From contig CAWJQN010000003.1 in the NCBI GenBank assembly GCA_963845115.1, forward strand, positions 391,694-455,693: a stretch of DNA of 64,000 bases, read 5' to 3'. The stretch's first letter is position 1. Every line of letters begins with the position of its first letter. Both the position numbers and the translations under genes were made by a program. Positions 15,844 to 24,926 of the stretch are shown here, piece by piece. This DNA is from an uncultured delta proteobacterium (GTDB lineage: Bacteria; Desulfobacterota; Desulfobulbia; Desulfobulbales; Desulfocapsaceae). A model generated the notes under the pieces. That model saw nothing but the letters and a program-made list of their open reading frames with translations. It ran no database searches and had not been told where the DNA came from.

Positions 15844-17372
15844 CCGCCGCCTCCGGCCATCAACAGCCCGATCCGGGTTTCATCCGTCTCCGCACTGTCG
15901 ACAATGCCGACAATCCGACCCTCGAAGATCACCGCTATCCGATCGGCAACCGTGAGGATTTCATCGAGTTCAAAGGAGATCAGCAGCACCGCCTTACCGC
16001 GGTCGCGCTGTTCGATCAGAGTCTTGTGGACATATTCGATGGCGCCGACGTCGAGCCCGCGGGTGGGCTGGGAGGCAATCAGAATTTCAGGGTTATGGGA
16101 AACCTGACGGGCAATGATGACCTTCTGCTGATTGCCGCCCGACAGGTCCCTGGCCGGCAGCCGGGCATCAGTGGGCCTGATGTCGAAGGTCCCGATGCAG
16201 CGGTTGGCAAAGTCGTAGATTTCGGTATGGTCCAGTCTGCCTCGCCTGGAAAAGGGCGGGCGGCGATAGGTCTCCAGAACCAAATTTTCTGCCACGTCGA
16301 ACTCGAGCACCAGCCCCCGTTTCTGCCGATCCTCGTGAATGGCGCCGATATGATGGTCACTGATCATCCTGCGGGGGGATGCCCCGGTGATCTCGCGATC
16401 CTTGAGCAGCACCCGGCCGCTGTCCACCGGGCGCAGCCCCATCAGGGCCTCGACCAGTTCCGACTGGCCGTTGCCGTCCACCCCGGCAATCCCCAGGATT
16501 TCGCTCTCAAAGAGTTCCAGGCTGAGTCCGTCGACCGCTGCAATGTTGCGGTTATCCCGGACAACCAGGTTGTCGATGCTCAGCACCCGGCGGCCCCGCT
16601 CGGTCTTTTTTTTGGCAACCGCAAAAGAGACGTCGCGCCCCACCATGCTGGCTGCCAGATCGTGCTCGGAAACCGCTGCCACCTCGACCCGATCGACGAA
16701 TTTGCCGCGCCGGATAATGGTGCAGTAATCGGCAATCGCTTTGATTTCATGGAGTTTGTGGGTGATAATGATGATCGACTTGCCTTCAGCGGTGAGATTG
16801 GCAATGATCGAGATCATCTCCTTGATCTCCTGGGGCGTCAGGACCGCTGTGGGTTCGTCCAGAATCAGGATGTCGGCTCCGCGGTACAGGGCCTTGAGAA
16901 TTTCGACCCGCTGCTGGCTGCCCACCGAAATGTCCTCGATGCAGGCCCGAGGATCGACCCTGAGGCCGTAACGCTCCGATATCTCGGCCACCTGCCGCTC
17001 AGCCGCGGCTCTATCGACAATTCCCAGGGCCTTGGTCGGCTCGAGGCCCAGGACGATATTTTCGGCAACGGTGAAGGGCTCGACCAGCTTGAAGTGCTGA
17101 TGCACCATACCAATACCGTGGCTGATGGCGACGTTGGGATCGGTGACGGCAACCTGCTCGCCATTGATGTAGATGATGCCCTCGGTCGGCCGGTACAGAC
17201 CGTAGAGACAGTTCATCAGGGTGGTCTTGCCGGCCCCGTTTTCGCCGAGCAGTGCATGGACCTCGCCGCGGTGAACGGTCAGGCTGATCCGGTCGTTGGC
17301 AACGAAGTCGCCGAACTTCTTGACGACATCGACCATTTCCACCGCTTTGTGGGAGAAATCGACGCTGGTCAC
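15840..17372 (-). CDS. ABC transporter ATP-binding protein, duplicated ATPase (NupO/RnsB-like)
   Basis: Two ABC cassettes: Walker A GENGAGKTTLM, Walker B ILILDEPT, and second signature LSGGNQQKVIIAR. The track start at 17429 would read through a GC hairpin (17395-17417). I prefer GTG 17372 (VTSVDFSHKAVEMVDVVKKF...); ATG 17336 is an alternative. Confidence 0.85.
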   Translation of the reverse strand: MTSVDFSHKAVEMVDVVKKFGDFVANDRISLTVHRGEVHALLGENGAGKTTLMNCLYGLYRPTEGIIYINGEQVAVTDPNVAISHGIGMVHQHFKLVEPFTVAENIVLGLEPTKALGIVDRAAAERQVAEISERYGLRVDPRACIEDISVGSQQRVEILKALYRGADILILDEPTAVLTPQEIKEMISIIANLTAEGKSIIIITHKLHEIKAIADYCTIIRRGKFVDRVEVAAVSEHDLAASMVGRDVSFAVAKKKTERGRRVLSIDNLVVRDNRNIAAVDGLSLELFESEILGIAGVDGNGQSELVEALMGLRPVDSGRVLLKDREITGASPRRMISDHHIGAIHEDRQKRGLVLEFDVAENLVLETYRRPPFSRRGRLDHTEIYDFANRCIGTFDIRPTDARLPARDLSGGNQQKVIIARQVSHNPEILIASQPTRGLDVGAIEYVHKTLIEQRDRGKAVLLISFELDEILTVADRIAVIFEGRIVGIVDSAETDETRIGLLMAGGGG

Positions 17373-17394
17373 ACCCTGTCCCTGCAGATTATGC

Positions 17395-17417
17395 GCAGCC
17401 CGTCCGCCCCGGGCTGC
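17395..17417 (-). promoter_or_regulatory. intercistronic stem-loop between the binding-protein and ATPase genes
   Basis: GCAGCCCG (17395-17402) pairs with CGGGCTGC (17410-17417), giving an 8-bp GC stem with a 7-nt loop. It sits in the 125-nt gap after the SBP gene. This is the usual place for mRNA-stabilising or attenuating hairpins in SBP-dependent transporter operons. Confidence 0.45.
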
Positions 17418-17497
17418 ACCAGACCACACCAGACCGAATGATACGGCCGGTGCGATGTGGAGTAGATTATTGCGGTACCGACACTTTCAGGTAACCT

Positions 17498-18499
17498 TTA
17501 GAAGGAATCAAATGCTTCCTTGGTGGCCGGCACGACGATTTCACCCTGCTTTATCTTGGCAATCAGGTCATCCACCTCGGCGAGTATTTCGGCAGGAACA
17601 TGTTTGTCTGAGGAAGGGGCAATGCCGACGCCGTCATTTTTCAGATTGTAGACCACCGTCTGGCCGCCTGAGAACTGGCCTTCCATCAGTTTCTTGCCGA
17701 TATCGTAAATGGCATTGTCCACCCGCTTCATGGCCGAAGTCAGGACGTTGTCCGGAGCCAGAAAATTCTGGTCCTTGTCGACCCCGATGGCCCACTTGCC
17801 CTTCTCCTTGGCAGCTTCGATCACCCCGTCGCCGACGCCGCCGGCGGCATGAAAAACGATGTCCGCCCCCTGCTGATACATATTGTTGGTGATTGCCTTG
17901 CCCTTGGCGGCATCGGTGAATGATTCGGCGTACTGACGCAGGACCTCGGCATCCGGGTTGGCCAGTTTCACCCCGGCCATATAGCCGTATTCGAATTTCT
18001 CGATCAGCGGGAATTTGATGCCGCCGACGAAGCCGACCTTATTGGTTTCAGTCATTTTACCGGCAATGTAGCCTACCAGGAAAGAGGGCTCCTCCTCCTG
18101 GAATACCGCACAAGCAACGTTTTCGGGTGTATCGGGACCATAGGAGAAATCGATGATGGCGTATTTCTGATCCGGGTTGATCTCGGCCGTTTCCTTGATG
18201 GCGTCACCCATCAGGAAACCGATGCCCCAGATCAGGTCATAGCCGGCGTCGGTCAGAGTCTCCATATTGGGACTGTAATCGGCATCCTGTTTCGACTCCT
18301 TGTAGGCGACCGTGATGCCGAAATCCTTCTCGGCCCGCTTCAGGCCCTCCCAGGCTGACTGATTGAAAGACTGATCGTTGACGCCGCCGACATCGGTGAC
18401 CATGGCAATTTTCATAGAGGCTGCCAGCACAGAGGCAGCAAGCCCGACAATCAGGATCAGGGCCGGAACAGCGGACAGAACGAGACGGTTTCTTTTCAT
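17498..18499 (-). CDS. BMP-family (PnrA/Med-like) nucleoside-binding periplasmic protein
   Basis: Signal peptide MKRNRLVLSAVPALILIVGLAASVLA, followed by MVTDVGGVNDQSFNQSAWEGL, which is typical of the Bmp family. Start set at ATG 18499 (GGAG 6 nt upstream); the track start at 18511 is also possible. Confidence 0.85.
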   Translation of the reverse strand: MKRNRLVLSAVPALILIVGLAASVLAASMKIAMVTDVGGVNDQSFNQSAWEGLKRAEKDFGITVAYKESKQDADYSPNMETLTDAGYDLIWGIGFLMGDAIKETAEINPDQKYAIIDFSYGPDTPENVACAVFQEEEPSFLVGYIAGKMTETNKVGFVGGIKFPLIEKFEYGYMAGVKLANPDAEVLRQYAESFTDAAKGKAITNNMYQQGADIVFHAAGGVGDGVIEAAKEKGKWAIGVDKDQNFLAPDNVLTSAMKRVDNAIYDIGKKLMEGQFSGGQTVVYNLKNDGVGIAPSSDKHVPAEILAEVDDLIAKIKQGEIVVPATKEAFDSF

Positions 18500-18637
18500 G
18501 GCAGGCTCCATTCTCTGGTAGATATGACAACTGGATCAGCAACGTAAATGACAAGGCAGTGAAACATTGACGGCTACGGGAAACTGCAGCGGCAGCGTGC
18601 CCATACTTACTTCTTATGACATGATCGATCGTTATTT

Positions 18638-19825
18638 TCAAGCGGCGAGAAACGGATCGCCGAAGTCATTTTCAACGGTAAAAAAATGGCAGACCGTGGC
18701 GGCCACAACGTTGAAACCGGACCTTACTCCCAGGTTCTGCGCCACTCTTCCCGGCCGGTAACAGAGCAGCGGCACGTACTCACGGGTATGATCGGAGCCC
18801 CTGAAGGCAGGGTCGCAGCCGTGGTCGGCGGTGATGATCATGAAATCGTCGGACTGCAGCCGGTCAATGAGCTGGGGCAGAGCCCGGTCTATTTCTGCAA
18901 GCGCCCGGTAATAGCCGGCGGGGTCGCGCCGGTGGCCGAAATACATGTCGGTATCGACCAGATTGACAAACTGGAGCTGAGGCTGCTCACCCTTTTCATC
19001 CAGAAGTTTCCCGAGCCGGTCGAGACAGGCGCCGTTGCCCTTTTCCGGATAACTGAGGGACAGCCCCTGATGGTTGAAAATATCTCCGATTTTGCCGATG
19101 CCCACCGTCTGCACCCCTGCTTCCTGCAGTCGGTCGAGCATCGTCGGGCCGGGCAGGTCGATGGAGAAATCACGCCGTCTATCCGTTCTGGTAAAATTCC
19201 CGGGAGTGCCGGTGAAAGGCCGGGCAATGACCCGGGCCACCCGATAGTCGTCACAGATCTGACGGGCGCAGCGGCAGGACTCGTACAACTGTTCCGGCGC
19301 CACCACCGCCTCGTGGGCGGCCACCTGAAAAACCGAGTCGGCCGAGGTGTAGCAGATCAGGCTTTTGCCCCGCATCTGCTGCTCGCCCAGTTCCTCGATG
19401 ATCTCGGTGCCGGAGGCGGCCTTGTTGCCGATCACCGTGTAGCCGCTCATTTTTTCAAAGCGCTCGATGAGTTCCGGGGGAAAGCAGGGATAATCGGCCT
19501 CGAACAGATGAAAGCCTTCTTCCAGCGTGATCCCGGCAATTTCCCAATGGCCGGTGGTGGTATCCTTGCCCACCGAACACTCGGCCATGGCTCCCCAGGA
19601 TGCCAGCGGCTGCTCGACCGGCGGACAGCGCCGCACCGGTTTGCCGGTCAGGGCGGCGCAGTTGCCCAGCCCAAAATCCAGTAGAAAGGGCCACTGCACC
19701 AGCCCTGCAGTCGGTTCGGCGGTGCAGACCGATCTCAGCGTGTGGGCGCCGCCGTCCCCATAGCGGTCGGCATCGGGAGCTGCCCCAATGCCAAGACCAT
19801 CGATTACCAGGATCAGACCACGCAT
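18638..19825 (-). CDS. deoB: phosphopentomutase
   Basis: MRGLILVIDGLGIGAAPDA, GNKAASGTEIIEELG and ITADHGCDP are the metal and active-site motifs of DeoB. Confidence 0.9.
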   Translation of the reverse strand: MRGLILVIDGLGIGAAPDADRYGDGGAHTLRSVCTAEPTAGLVQWPFLLDFGLGNCAALTGKPVRRCPPVEQPLASWGAMAECSVGKDTTTGHWEIAGITLEEGFHLFEADYPCFPPELIERFEKMSGYTVIGNKAASGTEIIEELGEQQMRGKSLICYTSADSVFQVAAHEAVVAPEQLYESCRCARQICDDYRVARVIARPFTGTPGNFTRTDRRRDFSIDLPGPTMLDRLQEAGVQTVGIGKIGDIFNHQGLSLSYPEKGNGACLDRLGKLLDEKGEQPQLQFVNLVDTDMYFGHRRDPAGYYRALAEIDRALPQLIDRLQSDDFMIITADHGCDPAFRGSDHTREYVPLLCYRPGRVAQNLGVRSGFNVVAATVCHFFTVENDFGDPFLAA

Positions 19826-19835
19826 CGTCAGCGGC

Positions 19836-21146
19836 TCAACCAGAACTGAGACAATGGTAAATGAGCGGCGGCGGGTCTGTCCGCTGCTCGCCGATGATGA
19901 TTGATCGATGTACGGTGTCGACGGCCCGGTCCAGATTCTTCCTGCTGTTGATCAGCAGTTGGCCGATTTCATCACCCCTTTCGACCCGATCACCAAGGCG
20001 CACCTGCACTTTCAGCCCCACACCAGGGTCGATTCGATCCTCCTTGGCGCCGCGGCCGGCACCGAGCAGCAGCGCCGATTGACCGATGCCTTGGGTCTGG
20101 ATCTGGTTGACAAATCCACTGGAACGGGCCCTGAGCAGGACCGTCTCGGCGGGCTGGGGCAATAGCGAGGTGTCCGAACAGACCGCCGGATTGCCGTCCA
20201 TCAGCCCGATCATCTGTTCAAGACGCTCAAGTCCCGCCCCTGAGTTCAACGCTTTCTGCAGCATAATGGACGCCTCCTCACCGTTCCGAGCCAGGCCCCC
20301 GGTGATGAGCATTTCCGCGGCCAGGGCCAGTGAAACCGTCTTCAGGTCGCCGCCCTGTTCGGCCCGCAGAACCCGGACTGCCTCCTCCACTTCGATGCCG
20401 TTGCCGACCGCTGTGCCGAGCGGCTGATTCATATCGCTTACCAGCGCCGAACTCCGTTTACCCGCCCGGACTCCGATGGCCGTCATCATCGAGGCCAGTT
20501 CACGGGCCTGCTCGACACTGCGCATGAAGGCTCCGTTGCCGGTTTTGACGTCGAGAACGATACCATCCGCCCCGGAGGCCAGTTTCTTGCTCATGATCGA
20601 GCTGCTGATCAAAGCCAGATTATCCACCGTTCCCGTCACGTCACGGAGGGCGTAGAGCTTACGGTCAGCCGGGACCAGACGGGCGGTCTGGCCGACAATC
20701 GCCAGACCGCAGGACGAAGCAATTCGGAGGAATTCATCCATGCTCCTCTCGGCGACGAGCCCCGGGATCGCCTCGAGTTTGTCGACCGTCCCGCCGGTAT
20801 GCCCCAGGCCCCGGCCGGAGATCTTGGCGACCGTTCCGCCGCAGGCGGCAACCAGCGGTGCGGTGATCAGGCTGGTGGTGTCGGCCACCCCGCCGGTGGA
20901 ATGCTTGTCTATCTTGACACCCTCGATAGACGACAGATCGACACAATCGCCCGAGTCCCTGATGGCCATGGTCAGATCGACCGTTTCCCGCTCATTCATC
21001 TGCTTGAACCAGATGGCCATCAGCAGCGCGGCTGCCTGGTAGTCGGGGACCTCACCGGCGGTGTAGGCCCGGATGAAATAGTTGATTTCTTCGGTGCTGA
21101 GCTCCCTGCCGTTCCGTTTGCCCAGGATCAGTTCCTGCATCAGCAT
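19836..21146 (-). CDS. deoA: pyrimidine-nucleoside (thymidine) phosphorylase
   Basis: KHSTGGVADTTSL, GRGLGHTGGTVDKLE and a C-terminal alpha/beta domain. Length 436 aa. Confidence 0.9.
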   Translation of the reverse strand: MLMQELILGKRNGRELSTEEINYFIRAYTAGEVPDYQAAALLMAIWFKQMNERETVDLTMAIRDSGDCVDLSSIEGVKIDKHSTGGVADTTSLITAPLVAACGGTVAKISGRGLGHTGGTVDKLEAIPGLVAERSMDEFLRIASSCGLAIVGQTARLVPADRKLYALRDVTGTVDNLALISSSIMSKKLASGADGIVLDVKTGNGAFMRSVEQARELASMMTAIGVRAGKRSSALVSDMNQPLGTAVGNGIEVEEAVRVLRAEQGGDLKTVSLALAAEMLITGGLARNGEEASIMLQKALNSGAGLERLEQMIGLMDGNPAVCSDTSLLPQPAETVLLRARSSGFVNQIQTQGIGQSALLLGAGRGAKEDRIDPGVGLKVQVRLGDRVERGDEIGQLLINSRKNLDRAVDTVHRSIIIGEQRTDPPPLIYHCLSSG

Positions 21147-21327
21147 GCAATCACCTTAAAGCCCCGCTGAGGGGGAGTGCCGCTTGTATCCGACCGTTTT
21201 TGGCAGTCTACGATCCTATCGGCTTGCCAGCGGGCCGATCTCCATAGTAGTGTTAGTCAATTTTCAGATCTCGTCAACTCAATTGCACACCTCGAGCCGG
21301 AGGCGGTGCAGGCAGCAGGACACGATC

Positions 21328-21933
21328 ATGGCCAAACTCTATTTCCGTTACGGGGCAATGAACTGCGGTAAAACGACCGCCCTGATCCAGGTCGACCACA
21401 ACTACCGGGAGCGGGGCATGAACACCTTGCTGGTCAAACCCGGCAGCGATCTCAAAGGCGACAACGAGATCCTCTCGAGGCTTGGAATCAGCCGGCGGGT
21501 AGATATTCTCGCCAAGCCGCATGACAATCTTTTCGAACTGATCGAGCACCGCAGCCGGGAGCCGTCACCGCTTCACTGTATTCTCGTCGACGAGGCCCAG
21601 TTTGTGAGCAGAGCCCAGGCTGACCAGCTGTTCGAGGTTGCGGTCCTGCTGAATATTCCGGTTATCTGCTACGGACTGCGGACCGACTTCAAGCTCGACG
21701 GTTTCCCGGGAAGCGAACGGCTGCTTCTGCTGGCCCATTCAATCGAAGAGTTGAAAACCATCTGCAGGTGCGGCAGAAAGGCGGTGGCCAACGGCCGTAA
21801 AATCGACGGCAGGTTTGTATTCGAAGGACAGCAGCTGGCCATTGACGGGCTCGACAAGGTCAGCTATCAGTCACTCTGCGCCCAATGCTATTTCGCCTGC
21901 AAAAACGAGCCTGCTGGAACTGAAACAAAATAG
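21328..21933 (+). CDS. tdk: thymidine kinase
   Basis: Start moved to ATG 21328 (MAKLYFRYGAMNCGKTTALIQ, P-loop). VDEAQF is present, and the C-terminal zinc ribbon reads CRCGRKA...CAQCY. Confidence 0.9.
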   Translation: MAKLYFRYGAMNCGKTTALIQVDHNYRERGMNTLLVKPGSDLKGDNEILSRLGISRRVDILAKPHDNLFELIEHRSREPSPLHCILVDEAQFVSRAQADQLFEVAVLLNIPVICYGLRTDFKLDGFPGSERLLLLAHSIEELKTICRCGRKAVANGRKIDGRFVFEGQQLAIDGLDKVSYQSLCAQCYFACKNEPAGTETK

Positions 21934-22006
21934 GCCGACCAGTCGGTCTGGCGGTTGATCCTGATCTGGAGAGCGACTGCTGCCAAACGAAAATCAGCAT
22001 CGAGGA

Positions 22007-23104
22007 TCACATCAGCCGCCGCCGTGCCGACCTTCGGCTCGGTCTGATCAAGGCGACCACCAGGCAGAGCAGCAGGCCAGCCCCGAAACCGATCCCCAGC
22101 AGCATGAGATCACGGCCAAGCGATGATACCTGTGCCGAACGCTTCTGCAGGGCCTCAGCTTCGGGCCGTTCAGCTTCGGGCTGCGCTGTTTCGGCCTGCC
22201 GGGTTTCGACCGGCACGGCCGCTTCAGGGGTGACCGCAGCGCTCTGGGCCTCAGGCCGTGGCGGGACCTTGGCAAATCCGGCGGCGATCAGCTCGGCTGC
22301 TTTGGCATCACGGACCGTGCGGTCCACACTGCCGAGGACGACTGCGATGATGCGCACCCCGTTTCGTCTGGCGGTGGCCACGATGGAAAAGCCTGCCGCC
22401 TTGAAATAACCGGTCTTGAATCCATCGCTGCCGTCTACCGAAGTCAGCAGTTTGTTGTGGGTGCGCATGATGAACTCGCCGTCCCGAAAATTTCGCTCCC
22501 TGGTACCGGTATAGTTGAAAACTTCCGGGTTCCGGGCCAGTTCCCTGGCCAGAATGGCCATGTCCCGTGCCGTCGTGACATCCGGCTTCTGACCTTCAGA
22601 CGGCGGCAGCCCATGCACCGAATAGAAGGTTGTCTCCTTCATGCCCAGGTTGGCGGCTGTCTCGTTCATCAACGCAACAAACGCTTCTTTGGAACCGGCA
22701 GCGTGGATAGCCAGGGCCACTGCCGCATCGTTGGCCGACTGGATAATCAGGGCATAGAGCAGATCCTCCACGGAGAACTGCTCTTTGGGATCGAGGTAAA
22801 CCTGTGAACCTCCCATCTGCGAAGCCTCCCTGGTGACCTGCACCATCTCATCGAGGCTCAGGCTGCCGGCCTCCACCCGGTCAAGAATAACCTTGAGAAC
22901 CATCAGCTTCAGGACCGAGGCCGGATAGGCCGGGGCACTGCTGTTTTCATCGACCAGAATATCACCCGTGTCAGCATCGATGACCAGCGCTGAAATATAG
23001 GGGTCCTTCGAGATCGTGTCGATTTTGGCCCGGGCCCCCCAGACGGGTTGGGCAGCGATGATGAGCAGAAGACAGACGACGAGCAGACGGTTCATAAGGT
23101 TCAC
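22007..23104 (-). CDS. D-alanyl-D-alanine carboxypeptidase (PBP5/6-like serine peptidase S11)
   Basis: Signal peptide, then SVLK (SxxK), SAND (SxN), KTGY (KTG) and a C-terminal membrane anchor. Confidence 0.85.
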   Translation of the reverse strand: MNLMNRLLVVCLLLIIAAQPVWGARAKIDTISKDPYISALVIDADTGDILVDENSSAPAYPASVLKLMVLKVILDRVEAGSLSLDEMVQVTREASQMGGSQVYLDPKEQFSVEDLLYALIIQSANDAAVALAIHAAGSKEAFVALMNETAANLGMKETTFYSVHGLPPSEGQKPDVTTARDMAILARELARNPEVFNYTGTRERNFRDGEFIMRTHNKLLTSVDGSDGFKTGYFKAAGFSIVATARRNGVRIIAVVLGSVDRTVRDAKAAELIAAGFAKVPPRPEAQSAAVTPEAAVPVETRQAETAQPEAERPEAEALQKRSAQVSSLGRDLMLLGIGFGAGLLLCLVVALIRPSRRSARRRLM

Positions 23105-23143
23105 CGGTTAAGGTTATTCTGAGGCAGGCGGACCGGATACCCC

Positions 23144-24001
23144 TCAGGGAGCCTGATAGTCCCATTTGATCAGGTACGATTTGCGCATCTGGTCCTTTTC
23201 GGCGGCGGTTGCACCCCAGTTGCCGCCATAGACGGCGCCTTCCCATTCACCATAGGTCGGGTTCGGCAGGACGATGAACCGGGTGCCCCACTGGCCTTCG
23301 ACGGCATCGGTCGCAGCGAACCGCTCGGCAACACTTTTTTTGGCAAAATCACTGGTGAAATCATTCAGGTTGTCACCGATCAGCAGAGCCACCTCGTAGT
23401 CTTCGGTGACCGCGTCCCGCCGTGCCTGCTTATCGCTGGAATCGGTCCTGAGCAGCAGGTGTTTGTCATCGACGTTGGGGAACCCCAGAGCCATCAGGTT
23501 CTTTCTGGTGCCCTCGTAACCGTCCATTTTGCGGTTGGTTACGTAGAAAATTTCCACCCCCTTGGCCGACGCATAATCGAGAAAGCGCTTGGCTCCGGGT
23601 ATCGCCCTGGCCTCTGCCGCCGCCATCCAGGGAACCCAGGTCCCGGAGGAGTAGCCGAAATCCTGGCCGATCAGAAAGGCCTCGTAGGCCGAATTGTCGA
23701 TCACGGTTTCGTCCGCGTCGACAATGACGGCGACCGGCTTACTGCCGGTATAGGCGTTGAGAAAAGAGTCGAGATTCATGGCCGCGACATTGAAGGCCTG
23801 GTATGAGAGTGCCCGGTATTCGGCGGCAGACTGCATCCACAAGGTGGCCATGACCAGCTGCTCATTGAGGTCCCTGGTCGAATAGGGCTCGACCGACTCT
23901 TCAGCCGTCTGCTTTTTCGTTCCGGCGCAGCCGCCGGCCAGCAGGGCGGAGAGCAGCAGCGCAATGAGCAGTCTCTTCGTTCCGATAATCGGTGGATTCA
24001 T
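23144..24001 (-). CDS. 5'-nucleotidase / class C acid phosphatase, lipoprotein e(P4) family (HAD)
   Basis: Start moved to ATG 24001 (AGGAGG upstream). Lipobox LLAGGCAG, HAD motifs IVDADETVIDNS and GDNLNDF. Confidence 0.8.
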   Translation of the reverse strand: MNPPIIGTKRLLIALLLSALLAGGCAGTKKQTAEESVEPYSTRDLNEQLVMATLWMQSAAEYRALSYQAFNVAAMNLDSFLNAYTGSKPVAVIVDADETVIDNSAYEAFLIGQDFGYSSGTWVPWMAAAEARAIPGAKRFLDYASAKGVEIFYVTNRKMDGYEGTRKNLMALGFPNVDDKHLLLRTDSSDKQARRDAVTEDYEVALLIGDNLNDFTSDFAKKSVAERFAATDAVEGQWGTRFIVLPNPTYGEWEGAVYGGNWGATAAEKDQMRKSYLIKWDYQAP

Positions 24002-24266
24002 GTCTACCTCCTGGTGTGGATGGATCTGATCAGGGCGCGCCTGCCGAACACGTCTGCAGGACAGCCGTACCCATACCTCCGGCAAAGCGATTTAAATCTT
24101 AATCAATTAGCCCCCGTTCATCAAGGTAGGGGCGACATATACCGGAAGGACAACAGCACTGGCTGCTTGCAATTATGTTGTGGTTCATGAATAGTATGGA
24201 GGCAGGAATACAACGGCCTGTATCACAGGATCACACGTGGCACCCACACCAGATGGAGGAAGCAGA

Positions 24267-24689
24267 ATGAAACAGGTACCGAGACTGACCCTTGAGGACG
24301 CCCGGACGATGATGGCCGCCGCCGAGCGAAAAGCTGAAGAGATCGGCGTCGATATGGACATTGCCATCGTCGATGACGGCGGCAACCTGATACTTTTTCA
24401 GCGCATGGACAATGCCCGGGTGACATCGATCACCATAGCGATCGACAAGGCTTTCACCGCCGGGGCCGCCCGTAAATCAACCAGAGATTACGGCAAGGTC
24501 AGCGGCCCGAGCCAGCCCGCCTTCGGCATCAACTCCTCCATCCAGGGGCGCTTCATGATCTTTGCCGGCGGCCTGCCGATTTTCGTCGAAGGGCACCCGG
24601 TGGGCGGTATCGGCTGCAGTTCCGGCAGCCCGGATCAGGACGAGGAAGTCGCCCAGGCCGGCATCGATGCCCTGATGGCATCACTCTAG
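24267..24689 (+). CDS. GlcG/HbpS-like heme-binding protein (DUF336)
   Basis: Start at ATG 24267 (GGAGGA upstream). FAGGLPIFVEGHPVGGIGCSSGSPDQDEEVA is the DUF336 signature. Confidence 0.8.
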   Translation: MKQVPRLTLEDARTMMAAAERKAEEIGVDMDIAIVDDGGNLILFQRMDNARVTSITIAIDKAFTAGAARKSTRDYGKVSGPSQPAFGINSSIQGRFMIFAGGLPIFVEGHPVGGIGCSSGSPDQDEEVAQAGIDALMASL

Positions 24690-24842
24690 CTCAATTACCG
24701 CCCCAGGATGAGAACCATTTGTGTTTCTGATCAATGTAATTGAGATTGAAAAGAGCAACCAAACGGGGTACGTTCGGAACGTTCAACTTGAGAAAAGGAT
24801 GAAGAAATTTGGATTTCGCACTTCCTGACAAATAAACGGAAA

Positions 24843-24888
24843 AACCCGTCGATCGATGGCAAACGGCTTTCGGCAGACGGGTTTTTTT
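24843..24888 (+). terminator. rho-independent terminator with flanking A and T tracts (potentially bidirectional)
   Basis: aaAACCCGTC (24843-24850) ... GACGGGTT (24876-24883), followed by TTTTTTT. It lies about 150 nt after the glcG-like stop and about 40 nt before nfnA. Confidence 0.7.
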
Positions 24889-24926
24889 GTTCTTATTTCA
24901 ATGTTCTTCCCAGCTCGGAGGTAGAC

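Noticed and set aside
14980-17441. Long plus-strand ORFs of 375 aa (14980-16107) and 471 aa (16026-17441).
   Set aside because: They lie antisense to strongly recognised ABC permease and ATPase genes. Their translations are Arg/Gly/Pro/His/Asp-rich with no motifs. This is a typical artefact of GC-rich coding DNA.
18686-19684. 332-aa plus-strand ORF, plus the similar ORFs 11294-12115, 13142-13675, 53529-54413 and 59008-59775.
   Set aside because: All are antisense shadows of confidently identified genes (deoB, gcdH, punA, MBL hydrolase, ftsH).
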